Below are positions 12,405 to 23,596 of a stretch of DNA of 64,000 bases, in pieces (within the stretch, counting starts at the first letter, position 1; the number at the start of each line of letters is the position of its first letter). The position numbers and the translations under genes were made by a program. This DNA comes from Escherichia coli (GTDB lineage Bacteria > Pseudomonadota > Gammaproteobacteria > Enterobacterales > Enterobacteriaceae), in NCBI RefSeq assembly GCF_030013595.1, contig NZ_CP122768.1. The stretch is one strand, 5' to 3'. The notes beneath the pieces were generated by a model. That model saw nothing but the letters and a program-made list of their open reading frames with translations. It was not told the DNA's origin and did no database searches.

Positions 12405-12775
12405 CTATACTTCCTCCGTGTTTTCGATGAGATGTAAGGTAACCAATTTTTGCCGATTCGGCTAATGCGTTTCCATTATCAAATCGATAAGTTTTACCTT
12501 ACAACCTTCGTAAGACAACTTTGTGAACTTTGCACCGCCAGCGGCGATAAAAAGTAAAATGGCCCCCTTTCCAGGTGACCGTGTAATCTGAACTACCCTT
12601 TGGTATCTTCAGCGCCTGCCTGCAGGCTGAGGTGTTGCCCTTACAAATGCAACAACGACATGGATTACAACACCCTCATAAACAAAGGGCAATCACCTGA
12701 TCTAAGCTCTTACCTATGACAGTGATAGGTTATGCCTTTTACCCGACTTTTGCACTGACTGAAAAGGACAAATTA

Positions 12776-13522
12776 ATGTTAAAAAAGATACTTTTACTGG
12801 CTCTGCTTCCTGCAATCGCCTTCGCAGAGGAACTTCCTGATCCAGTAAAAGCGATTGAAAAACAGGGCATTACAATCATCAAAACGTTCGATGCTCCCGG
12901 AGGAATGAAAGGTTATCTCGGCAAGTATCAGGATATGGGCGTCACCATCTACCTGACTCCAGATGGTAAGCACGCTATCTCCGGTTACATGTACAACGAG
13001 AAAGGTGAAAACCTGAGTAACACACTTATCGAAAAAGAAATTTACGCACCAGCCGGGCGCGAAATGTGGCAACGGATGGAACAATCCCACTGGCTCCTCG
13101 ACGGTAAAAAAGACGCGCCGGTCATTGTCTACGTCTTCGCCGATCCGTTCTGCCCATATTGTAAACAGTTCTGGCAGCAGGCTCGCCCGTGGGTTGATTC
13201 TGGCAAAGTGCAATTAAGAACATTGTTGGTTGGCGTTATCAAGCCAGAAAGCCCGGCGACAGCAGCGGCAATTCTTGCCTCCAAAGATCCCGCAAAAACC
13301 TGGCAAGAATATGAAGCCTCTGGTGGCAAGCTTAAGCTAAACGTGCCTGCAAACGTAAGTACAGAGCAAATGAAAGTGTTAAGCGACAACGAGAAACTGA
13401 TGGACGATCTGGGGGCAAATGTCACACCAGCTATCTACTACATGAGTAAGGAAAATACGCTGCAACAGGCCGTGGGGTTGCCCGATCAGAAAACGCTTAA
13501 TATCATTATGGGGAATAAATAA
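12776..13522 (+). CDS. dsbG: Periplasmic disulfide isomerase/chaperone DsbG
   Basis: ORF 12716-13522; start at [19 protein letters not shown] (signal peptide) gives 248 aa; CPYC active site present. Confidence 0.9.
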   Translation: MLKKILLLALLPAIAFAEELPDPVKAIEKQGITIIKTFDAPGGMKGYLGKYQDMGVTIYLTPDGKHAISGYMYNEKGENLSNTLIEKEIYAPAGREMWQRMEQSHWLLDGKKDAPVIVYVFADPFCPYCKQFWQQARPWVDSGKVQLRTLLVGVIKPESPATAAAILASKDPAKTWQEYEASGGKLKLNVPANVSTEQMKVLSDNEKLMDDLGANVTPAIYYMSKENTLQQAVGLPDQKTLNIIMGNK

Positions 13523-13729
13523 AAGATAATTCATGGATGGTTGAAATATATCCCTGTTTTTCAACCATCCTAAAAAAGCATGAATTGCTCGCTCTGCCCT
13601 AAGTGGCTGTGCTATTTTAGAAAAACTTAATTCTGAGTTAAGCAAAAAAACATAATACAAATAAATACAACAGCAACATTATTGAACAAATGAATGATTT
13701 ATAGAAGAGATAATATAACGGAGTATGTT

Positions 13730-14632
13730 ATGGCGAATCTTTATGACCTAAAAAAATTTGATCTGAATTTACTGGTCATATTTGAGTGCATTTATCAACA
13801 CCTCAGCATTAGCAAAGCAGCAGAATCATTATATATAACGCCCTCTGCTGTTAGTCAGTCGTTACAACGTTTACGCGCGCAATTTAATGACCCGTTATTC
13901 ATCCGCTCAGGGAAAGGTATCGCGCCGACTACGACAGGGTTAAACCTGCATCACCATCTTGAGAAGAATCTCCGAGGCCTTGAACAAACGATCAATATTG
14001 TTAATAAGTCTGAGCTAAAGAAAAATTTTATTATCTACGGTCCTCAGCTTATTTCTTGTACTAATAACAACATGCTAATCCGCTGTCTTAGACAAGATAC
14101 TTCAATCGATATAGAATGCCATGACATACTGCTTTCAGCTGAAAATGCCGAAGAACTGTTGGTTCAACGCAAAACTGACCTGGCAATTACACTACAACCA
14201 GTAATTAGCCGCTCTGTCATCTGCATGCCGTTACATACTATTCGCAATTCTCTTATATGTAGCAATAAACATCCTCGTATTACCGATACCAGTAACTATG
14301 AACAAATTATCGCCGAAGAATTCACCTTGTTGATATCTAAATCAGCAGGGATTGACGAAATTCAAATGGACATAGATGAACGTTTTATGAACCGTAAAGT
14401 TTCATTTCGCAGTTCTTCTTTGTTGACGATAATTAATAGTATTTCTGTTACTGACTTATTGGGCATTGTGCCCACCGAACTGTACGATTTACATCGTGAT
14501 TTTTTGAAGTTACAAGAGATAAAACTGGAACGACCACTTCCTGCGGTTAAACTTTATATTTCCTATAACAAGGCTTCGTTGAACAACCTTGTCTTCTCAC
14601 GATTCATAGATCGTTTAAATGATAGCTTCTGA
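13730..14632 (+). CDS. ybdO: LysR-family transcriptional regulator
   Basis: ORF 13694-14632; start at MANLYDLKKFDLNLLVIFE... gives 300 aa; N-terminal LysR-type HTH; region looks AT-rich by eye. Confidence 0.8.
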   Translation: MANLYDLKKFDLNLLVIFECIYQHLSISKAAESLYITPSAVSQSLQRLRAQFNDPLFIRSGKGIAPTTTGLNLHHHLEKNLRGLEQTINIVNKSELKKNFIIYGPQLISCTNNNMLIRCLRQDTSIDIECHDILLSAENAEELLVQRKTDLAITLQPVISRSVICMPLHTIRNSLICSNKHPRITDTSNYEQIIAEEFTLLISKSAGIDEIQMDIDERFMNRKVSFRSSSLLTIINSISVTDLLGIVPTELYDLHRDFLKLQEIKLERPLPAVKLYISYNKASLNNLVFSRFIDRLNDSF

Positions 14633-14778
14633 TTTATTACCACGGATAAATGTTATATTACGCATCAATTAATTCATTGTGTGAATATAAAATAATGTGC
14701 TCTATCTTGCTTCGTTTACCCTATAATTAACGGATTCATCTCACGAGTCACCCCGTAACGTTCAGAGAGCGTTTTCAG

Positions 14779-15999
14779 ATGTCTATTTATAAAATCCCGC
14801 TTCCACTGAATATTCTGGAAGCTGCAAAAGAACGTATTACCTGGACACTTAACACCCTACCCCGCGTCTGCGTTTCTTTTTCGGGTGGTAAAGATTCCGG
14901 ATTAATGCTGCATCTGACCGCCGAACTTGCCCGACAAATGGGCAAAAAAATTTGTGTTTTATTTATCGACTGGGAAGCTCAGTTCTCTTGCACCATTAAC
15001 TATGTTCAGTCTCTGCGCGAGTTGTACACCGATGTCATCGAAGAGTTTTACTGGATTGCGCTCCCGCTTACAACGCAAAATTCCCTATCACAATACCAAC
15101 CCGAATGGCAGTGCTGGGAACCTGATGTCGAATGGGTACGTCAGCCCCCGCAAGATGCGATAACCGATCCTGACTTTTTCTCCTTTTACCAGCCTGGCAT
15201 GACCTTCGAACAATTTGTGCGTGAGTTTGCCGAATGGTTTTCGCAAAAACGTCCGGCGGCGATGATGATCGGCATCCGTGCGGATGAGTCCTACAACCGT
15301 TTTGTCGCCATCGCCAGTTTAAATAAACAACGTTTTGCCGATGATAAGCCCTGGACTACTGCCGCACCAGGCGGTCATAGCTGGTACATTTACCCCATCT
15401 ACGACTGGAAAGTCGCTGATATCTGGACCTGGTATGCTAGCCATCAACGCCTCTGTAACCCACTGTATAATATAATGTATCAGGCAGGCGTTCCTCTACG
15501 TCATATGCGAATTTGCGAACCTTTTGGTCCGGAACAACGGCAAGGATTATGGCTCTATCACGTTATCGAACCGGATCGCTGGGCTGCTATGTGCGCACGA
15601 GTCAGCGGGGTAAAAAGTGGCGGCATTTACGCCGGACATGACAACCATTTTTATGGTCATCGGAAAATCCTCAAGCCCGAACATTTAGACTGGCAGGAGT
15701 ATGCATTATTGCTACTCAACAGCATGCCGGAGAAAACAGCTGAGCATTATCGCAATAAAATCGCCATTTATTTGCACTGGTATCAGAAAAAAGGCATCGA
15801 GGTTCCACAAACCCAGCAAGGGGACATTGGCGCGAAAGATATCCCCTCCTGGCGGCGAATATGCAAAGTTTTACTCAATAACGATTACTGGTGTCGGGCA
15901 TTATCATTTAGCCCGACCAAAGCGAAGAACTATCAGCGTTATAACGAACGAATAAAAGGAAAACGTCAGGAATGGGGGATACTATGCAACAACGATTAA
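14779..15999 (+). CDS. ybdN: PAPS-reductase-like PP-loop ATP pyrophosphatase family protein (IbrA-like)
   Basis: 406-aa ORF with the PP-loop motif SFSGGKDS near the N-terminus. Confidence 0.8.
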   Translation: MSIYKIPLPLNILEAAKERITWTLNTLPRVCVSFSGGKDSGLMLHLTAELARQMGKKICVLFIDWEAQFSCTINYVQSLRELYTDVIEEFYWIALPLTTQNSLSQYQPEWQCWEPDVEWVRQPPQDAITDPDFFSFYQPGMTFEQFVREFAEWFSQKRPAAMMIGIRADESYNRFVAIASLNKQRFADDKPWTTAAPGGHSWYIYPIYDWKVADIWTWYASHQRLCNPLYNIMYQAGVPLRHMRICEPFGPEQRQGLWLYHVIEPDRWAAMCARVSGVKSGGIYAGHDNHFYGHRKILKPEHLDWQEYALLLLNSMPEKTAEHYRNKIAIYLHWYQKKGIEVPQTQQGDIGAKDIPSWRRICKVLLNNDYWCRALSFSPTKAKNYQRYNERIKGKRQEWGILCNND

Positions 16000-16600
16000 C
16001 GCAGGATTTAACCCAATTTCTCGCCAGCTTGCCGGAAGACGATCGCATCAAAGCGATTAATGAAATCCGCATGGCGATCCATCAGGTTAGCCCCTTTCGA
16101 GAAGAGCCAGTGGATTGCGTTCTGTGGGTTAAAACAGCCAACTTATGCCTAATGATTACAACCCAAACAACGTGGCACCACCCGAAAAAAAACTGCTGAA
16201 AAAATCCATTGAAATAGATGGTTTTACCCAACCCATTGTGGTCACGCATACGGATAAAAATGCCCTGGAAATCGTGGATGGTTTTCACCGCCATGAAATT
16301 GGTAAAGGCTCATCATCGTTAAAATTACGCTTAAAAGGTTATTTGCCGGTGACCTGTCTGGAAGGTACGCGTAATCAACGCATCGCCGCGACTATTCGTC
16401 ATAACCGCGCTCGTGGACGTCACCAAATCACTGCCATGTCAGAAATCGTCCGTGAACTCAGCCAGTTGGGATGGGACGATCATAAAATTGGCAAAGAGCT
16501 GGGAATGGACAGCGACGAAGTGCTACGCCTGAAGCAAATTAACGGCCTGCAAGAGTTGTTTGCCGACCGTCAATATTCCCGCGCCTGGACGGTTAAATAG
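15972..16600 (+). pseudogene. ybdM: ParB/sulfiredoxin-like protein (IbrB-like), apparently frameshifted
   Basis: Two overlapping ORFs in different frames (15972-16199 and 16145-16600) together span 629 nt, one short of the 630 nt expected for the ~209-aa protein; second part carries a DGFHRH ParB-like motif. Confidence 0.6.
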
Positions 16601-17761
16601 CTAAAGCTGGCGCAGGCGTTCAGCTGCTGCCAGCAACGTCGATTCCTTCTTGGCAAAACAGAGACGAATCAGTTTATGTGGGAAGGGATCGGCGCAAAAC
16701 ACCGATAGCGGAATCGCCGCTACGCCGTGCTCCTGCGTCAGCCACTGGCAAAACTCAACGTCATCCAGGGTAGATACGGCGCTGTAATCCACCAGCAAAA
16801 AGTATGTACCTTCGCACGGTAAAATCTCCAGCCGGCTTTCATTTAAGGCATTCACCAGAATATCGCGCTTCTGGCGATAAAAGTCCGGTAACGCAAGATA
16901 ATGCTCAGGTTCTGCACGTAGCATATCGGCAAGCGCCAGCTGTGCCGGGGTATTCACCGAAAAGGTCAGATACTGATGTACCTTGCGAATTTCGGCACTG
17001 ATGGGCGCTGGCGCAACGCAATAACCCACTTTCCAGCCGGTCATATGATAGGTCTTGCCAAACGATGACACCGCCACCGCCCGCTCACGCAGCTGCGGAT
17101 GCGCCTGCACGCTGGCATGGCCCTGTTGTGAAAAGTTGATGTGCTCGTAAACTTCATCGCTAATGACAAAAATCTCGTGCCCGGCAATTGCCTGCCACAA
17201 AGCGGCGAAATCAGCCTGCTGCCAGACAGTTGCACTGGGGTTATGCGGGGTGTTGAGGATCACCAGTCGGGTGCGCTCGCTTAACAATGCGGCAAATTCC
17301 TGCCAGTCCACGCGAAAATGCGGTGGTTGCAGTGCAATACGTTTCACTATTCCCCCCGAAAGCGCGATGGCGGGCGCGTAACTGTCATAGCTGGGATCAA
17401 AGCAGATCACTTCATCACCATTGCGCACCAATGCGGTAATCGCTGCATATAACGCTTCCGTCGCCCCTGCCGTTACGGTGATATCGCTATCGGCATCCGG
17501 TTGATAGCCATACAGACGTTCCGTTTTCTGAGCAATCGCCTCGCGCAAGGCCTGCACGCCAGTCATAGGCGCGTATTGGTTTGCCCCCTGGGCAACGTGG
17601 TACGCCAGCCGCTCCTGCAAATAGCGCGGACCATCAAAATCAGGAAAGCCTTGCGACAGGTTAATCGCCTGGTGTTGCTGCGCCAGCGCGCTCATCTGGG
17701 TGAAAATAGTGGTGCCAAGTTGTGGAAGTTTGCTTTGTGGAATCAGAGGGTTATTTGTCAT
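16601..17761 (-). CDS. ybdL: PLP-dependent methionine aminotransferase
   Basis: 386-aa ORF MTNNPLIPQSKLPQLGTTIF...; class I/II aminotransferase. Confidence 0.85.
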   Translation of the reverse strand: MTNNPLIPQSKLPQLGTTIFTQMSALAQQHQAINLSQGFPDFDGPRYLQERLAYHVAQGANQYAPMTGVQALREAIAQKTERLYGYQPDADSDITVTAGATEALYAAITALVRNGDEVICFDPSYDSYAPAIALSGGIVKRIALQPPHFRVDWQEFAALLSERTRLVILNTPHNPSATVWQQADFAALWQAIAGHEIFVISDEVYEHINFSQQGHASVQAHPQLRERAVAVSSFGKTYHMTGWKVGYCVAPAPISAEIRKVHQYLTFSVNTPAQLALADMLRAEPEHYLALPDFYRQKRDILVNALNESRLEILPCEGTYFLLVDYSAVSTLDDVEFCQWLTQEHGVAAIPLSVFCADPFPHKLIRLCFAKKESTLLAAAERLRQL

Positions 17762-17869
17762 TTTTATTGTACCTGACGAAGTTGCGTGTTGAAGGCACTA
17801 TAACACGATGCTAGTATTTGGCAATCAAGACGTTTAGATGTCTAAATAAAACAATAAGGACAACACAAC

Positions 17870-18958
17870 ATGCCTCACAATCCTATCCGCGTGGTCGTCG
17901 GCCCGGCTAACTACTTTTCACATCCAGGAAGTTTCAATCACCTGCACGATTTTTTCACTGATGAACAACTTTCTCGCGCGGTGTGGATCTACGGCGAACG
18001 CGCCATTGCTGCGGCGCAAACAAAACTTCCGCCAGCGTTTGAACTGCCAGGGGCAAAGCATATTTTGTTTCGCGGCCATTGCAGCGAAAGCGATGTACAA
18101 CAACTGGCGGCTGAGTCCGGTGACGATCGCAGCGTGGTGATTGGCGTCGGCGGCGGCGCACTGCTCGACACCGCGAAAGCCCTCGCCCGCCGTCTCGGTC
18201 TGCCGTTTGTTGCCGTTCCGACGATCGCCGCCACCTGCGCCGCCTGGACACCGCTCTCCGTCTGGTATAACGATGCCGGACAGGCGCTGCATTATGAGAT
18301 TTTCGACGACGCCAATTTTATGGTGCTGGTGGAACCGGAGATTATCCTCAATGCGCCGCAAGAATATCTGCTGGCGGGGATCGGTGACACGCTGGCGAAA
18401 TGGTATGAAGCGGTGGTGCTGGCTCCGCAACCAGAAACGTTGCCGCTAACCGTGCGGCTAGGGATCAATAATGCGCAGGCTATTCGCGACGTCTTGTTAA
18501 ACAGTAGCGAACAGGCGCTGAGCGATCAGCAAAATCACCAGTTAACGCAATCATTTTGCGATGTGGTGGATGCGATTATCGCCGGAGGTGGAATGGTCGG
18601 TGGTCTGGGCGATCGTTTTACGCGTGTGGCGGCGGCCCATGCCGTGCATAACGGTCTAACCGTGCTGCCGCAAACCGAGAAGTTTCTTCACGGCACCAAA
18701 GTCGCCTACGGAATTCTGGTGCAAAGCGCCTTGCTGGGTCAGGATGATGTGCTGGCGCAATTAACTGGAGCGTATCAGCGTTTTCATCTGCCGACTACGC
18801 TGGCGGAGCTGGAAGTGGATATCAATAATCAGGCGGAGATCGACAAAGTGATTGCCCACACCTTGCGTCCGGTGGAATCCATTCATTACCTGCCGGTCAC
18901 GCTGACACCGGATACGTTGCGTGCAGCGTTCGAAAAAGTGGAATCGTTTAAAGCCTGA
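17870..18958 (+). CDS. hcxA: Glycerol-dehydrogenase-like hydroxycarboxylate dehydrogenase
   Basis: 362-aa ORF with iron-containing ADH/GldA-like glycine-rich stretch (VVIGVGGGALLDTAK); ybdH position. Confidence 0.8.
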   Translation: MPHNPIRVVVGPANYFSHPGSFNHLHDFFTDEQLSRAVWIYGERAIAAAQTKLPPAFELPGAKHILFRGHCSESDVQQLAAESGDDRSVVIGVGGGALLDTAKALARRLGLPFVAVPTIAATCAAWTPLSVWYNDAGQALHYEIFDDANFMVLVEPEIILNAPQEYLLAGIGDTLAKWYEAVVLAPQPETLPLTVRLGINNAQAIRDVLLNSSEQALSDQQNHQLTQSFCDVVDAIIAGGGMVGGLGDRFTRVAAAHAVHNGLTVLPQTEKFLHGTKVAYGILVQSALLGQDDVLAQLTGAYQRFHLPTTLAELEVDINNQAEIDKVIAHTLRPVESIHYLPVTLTPDTLRAAFEKVESFKA

Positions 18959-18967
18959 CGTACACAT

Positions 18968-19165
18968 TTAGCAGCAGCGCGCGCCGCCTTTTCCACCGTA
19001 GCGCGCGTCCTGCCGCTCACGGAAAAACTCTTCGTAGGTCATCGGCGTTTGATCGGGATGGTTAACCCGCATATGTTCGACATAGTTGTCGTAATCAGGC
19101 ATACCAATCATCAGTTTCGCCGCCTGACCTAAATATTTTCCGGCTTTTGCCAGTGAATCAAACAT
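18968..19165 (-). CDS. ybdD: Small DUF466 protein, co-transcribed with cstA
   Basis: 65-aa ORF immediately downstream of cstA on the same strand. Confidence 0.8.
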   Translation of the reverse strand: MFDSLAKAGKYLGQAAKLMIGMPDYDNYVEHMRVNHPDQTPMTYEEFFRERQDARYGGKGGARCC

Positions 19166-19277
19166 CTAAACCTCCGGTAATACAAATGCCCTCCTGAATT
19201 AAGAGGGCTTAATTGCTATCAACACGCTCGGGCTGAGAGTAAGGGGAACGCTCAGCACATCCCCCCTCACTCTGACT

Positions 19278-21383
19278 TTAGTGCGCGCCTTTCGCCTGCG
19301 CCACGATCTCCTCGACATTTTCCGGCATCGGCTCATACGGCGTTTCTTTCGCCGTTGGCTTCGGCTCTTTCAATGCCGCCAGTGCCGTCTTAATCGAGAA
19401 CAGTGCCAGAACCACCACGACCACCATAAAGAAGATGGTTAACCCGGCATCAAGACGGTTGTTGAACACCAGTTGCGCCAGTTGTGACTCAGTATACTGC
19501 GATGGAATATTGCCGCTGTCGATCATTGCCTGGAACTTGTTAGCAATCGCCAGGAAGCCGACTTTCGCATCCGGGCTAAACGCTTTCTGCCAGCCTGCGG
19601 TCAGGGTACAAATCAGCAGCCAGGCCGTTGGTACCAGCGCCACCCAGGCGTAACGTTGACGTTTCATTTTGAACAGCACCACAGCACAGAGCATCAGCGC
19701 CATCCCTGCCAGCATCTGGTTGGCAATACCAAACAGCGGCCACAGAGTGTTAATACCGCCCAGCGGATCGACCACCCCCTGATGCAGGAAGTAGCCCCAC
19801 GCCAGTACGCACAGCGCCGTTGCCAGCAGGTTAGCAGGCAGTGAATCGGTCCGTTTCAGGCCCGGAGACACCACGCCCAGCAGATCCTGCAACATAAAGC
19901 GCGCAGCACGCGTACCCGCATCCACCGCCGTCAGAATAAACAGTGCTTCAAACAGAATGGCGAAGTGATACCAGAACGCCACATCCATCATGCCGCCCAG
20001 CGCGCCGTGCAGAATGTAGGCCATCCCCACCGCCAGCGTCGGCGCACCGCCCGCACGGGAAATGATCGACTGTTCACCCACTTCGCTGGCAATCTGGTTG
20101 AGCGTATCTGGTGTAATGCTAAATCCCCAGCTACTCACCACTTGCGCTGCAGAAGCGACCACATCCGCCGTACCTGCCGGAGCCAGCACCGCCATCGGGC
20201 TGTTCATAGCGAAGTACACACCCGGATCGATGATACAGGCGGAAACCAGCGCCATAATCGCTACGAAGGATTCCATTAACATCCCGCCGTAGCCGATAAA
20301 ACACGCCTGCCCTTCGTTCGCCAGCATCTTCGGCGTGGTGCCGGAAGAGATCAGCGCATGGAAGCCAGACACCGCGCCACAGGCGATGGTGATAAACAGG
20401 AACGGGAACAGGTTACCGGTCCATACCGGGCCAGTACCATCAACAAATTTGGTCAGCGCAGGCATGGTCAGCGTCGGGCGCATAATCAAAATGCCTACCG
20501 CCAGACCGACGATAGTCCCGATTTTCAGGAAGGTAGAGAGGTAGTCACGCGGAGCCAGCAGCAGCCACACCGGCAGCACCGCCGCCACAAAACCGTAACC
20601 CACCAGCATCCAGGTCAGCTGCACGCCGGTAAAGTCAAAGTACGGTGCCCAGGTCGGGCTTTCTGCCACCCAGCCGCCAGAGATAATGGCGAAAATCAGG
20701 AACACCAGGCCGATGACCGACACTTCGCCAATACGCCCCGGACGCAGATAGCGCAGATAGATCCCCATAAACAGCGCCAGCGGAATAGTGAACGCAACGG
20801 TATACGTTCCCCACGGGCTATGAGTCAGGGCTTTCACCACGATCATCGCCAGCACGGCAAGGATAATGACCATGATCATAAAGCAGGCCACCAGCGCAAT
20901 CACCCCGGCGGTTGGCCCCATCTCTTCTTTGACCAACTCACCCAGCGAGCGACCATCGCGGCGCGTAGAAACAAACAGCATCATGAAATCCTGCACCGCA
21001 CCGGCGAGAACCACCCCAGCGAGCAGCCAGATCATCCCAGGCAGGTAACCCATTTGCGCCGCCAGTACCGGCCCAACCAACGGACCTGCTCCGGCAATGG
21101 CCGCAAAATGGTGACCGAACAGCACTTTTTTGTCCGTCGGCACATAGTCCAGCCCGTCGTTATGGCGCACCGCTGGCGTCATACGCGTCGGGTCAACCGC
21201 CAGCACATTTTTGGCGATATACAGCCCATAAAAACGGTAAGCGATCAGATAGATACAGACCGACGCCACCACAATCCACAGCGCGTTGATCTGTTCCCCA
21301 CGATTTAAAGCAATGTATCCCAGAGCAAATGCTCCCATTACAGAGAGCACTGTCCAGACGAGGTATTTCCCTGATTTGTTCAT
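19278..21383 (-). CDS. cstA: Carbon starvation protein A (peptide/pyruvate transporter)
   Basis: 701-aa polytopic membrane ORF MNKSGKYLVWTVLSVMGAFALGY... Confidence 0.9.
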   Translation of the reverse strand: MNKSGKYLVWTVLSVMGAFALGYIALNRGEQINALWIVVASVCIYLIAYRFYGLYIAKNVLAVDPTRMTPAVRHNDGLDYVPTDKKVLFGHHFAAIAGAGPLVGPVLAAQMGYLPGMIWLLAGVVLAGAVQDFMMLFVSTRRDGRSLGELVKEEMGPTAGVIALVACFMIMVIILAVLAMIVVKALTHSPWGTYTVAFTIPLALFMGIYLRYLRPGRIGEVSVIGLVFLIFAIISGGWVAESPTWAPYFDFTGVQLTWMLVGYGFVAAVLPVWLLLAPRDYLSTFLKIGTIVGLAVGILIMRPTLTMPALTKFVDGTGPVWTGNLFPFLFITIACGAVSGFHALISSGTTPKMLANEGQACFIGYGGMLMESFVAIMALVSACIIDPGVYFAMNSPMAVLAPAGTADVVASAAQVVSSWGFSITPDTLNQIASEVGEQSIISRAGGAPTLAVGMAYILHGALGGMMDVAFWYHFAILFEALFILTAVDAGTRAARFMLQDLLGVVSPGLKRTDSLPANLLATALCVLAWGYFLHQGVVDPLGGINTLWPLFGIANQMLAGMALMLCAVVLFKMKRQRYAWVALVPTAWLLICTLTAGWQKAFSPDAKVGFLAIANKFQAMIDSGNIPSQYTESQLAQLVFNNRLDAGLTIFFMVVVVVLALFSIKTALAALKEPKPTAKETPYEPMPENVEEIVAQAKGAH

Positions 21384-21563
21384 AGTTGTTATCCGTGTGC
21401 GTGTCCATAGAGATGTTACATTTTGTTTCTATAACATCTTTGTACAATTTAACAACACGGCAACCATGTAAATCGGAGTTGAAACCAATATTTAACTTAA
21501 CAATGTTAACTCGATCACTCCGTTAACCGAGTTTTCCTGCAATCTCATTTAATTCTGTCGGGC

Positions 21564-22725
<1,162 letters not shown>

Positions 22726-22726
<1 letters not shown>

Positions 22727-23583
22727 TATTTCACCTCGCGGGAGAGTAGCTTCCACCAGGCGTCGATGGTCGGGTTTTTCGCCAGCATGACAAAGTCGAT
22801 ATCGCCATGTACTTTGCGCCAGCGCGCCGCCAGCGCCATCATCCGCACCGAATCCAGACCGTAGTCGATCAGGTTGTCGTCATCGAACGGTTCATCGGAC
22901 TCGTCCAGCAACGGCAGGATCTCCTCACGCAGCGCCGCTTTGCTGGCGGGGATAGGTGCTGGCAGTAATTCTTCGGTCATCACCACCCGGCCAGAACGTC
23001 CGGCCACATATTTCAGCGACATCAAATGCTCGTCACGGCTGAAATCGGCCAGCGCATCTGCCACCATAAACGGTTTAATATCGCGCATAAATGCGTCGGT
23101 TGCGGTGGTCATACAGCCAATGTGGGCATATACCCCGGTAATAATCAGCTGGTTACGTCCACTCTCTTTGAGCATTTGCTCCAGCGGAGAACGATGAAAC
23201 GCGCTGTAGCGCCACTTCACCAGCACCGTGTCGTCGGCATCTGGCGTCAGGCTATCCACCACCTTTTGCTGTTCCGGCGAACGGGTCAGGCCAGGCCCCC
23301 ACATATCATTCAACAGCGCCCGATCTTCATCGCTCTGCTCTTTCGGCTGGGCGGTGTAATAAACCGGGATATTGTGCTGTTTGCAGTAGTCGCGTAGTGC
23401 CGCAATATTCGCGATCACCTGCTCCATCATCGGGCAGTTCTCGCCCCAGAAGCTGACAAAATAGTCCTGCATATCATGGATTAACAACGCGGCACGTTGC
23501 GGTTCAAAGGCCCAGTCGACTTTATTCTGCGGAATATCGTGAGACTCCGGCAGTGCGTAAGCCTGTAATTTTGGAATAGCCAT
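22726..23583 (-). CDS. entB: Isochorismatase / aryl carrier protein
   Basis: 285-aa ORF MAIPKLQAYALPESHDIPQNKVDW... Confidence 0.9.
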
Positions 23584-23596
23584 CGTGTTCTCTCCT

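Noticed and set aside
12405-12775. Exact OxyR binding site in the ahpC promoter / dsbG upstream region
   Set aside because: A site is expected from established knowledge, but I could not confidently place the degenerate OxyR motif by eye, so no coordinates are asserted.
20358-21308. 316-aa plus-strand ORF (R/H/Q-rich) entirely inside cstA on the opposite strand
   Set aside because: Low-complexity composition typical of shadow ORFs antisense to a GC-rich, codon-biased gene; no recognisable domain, and cstA on the other strand is well supported.
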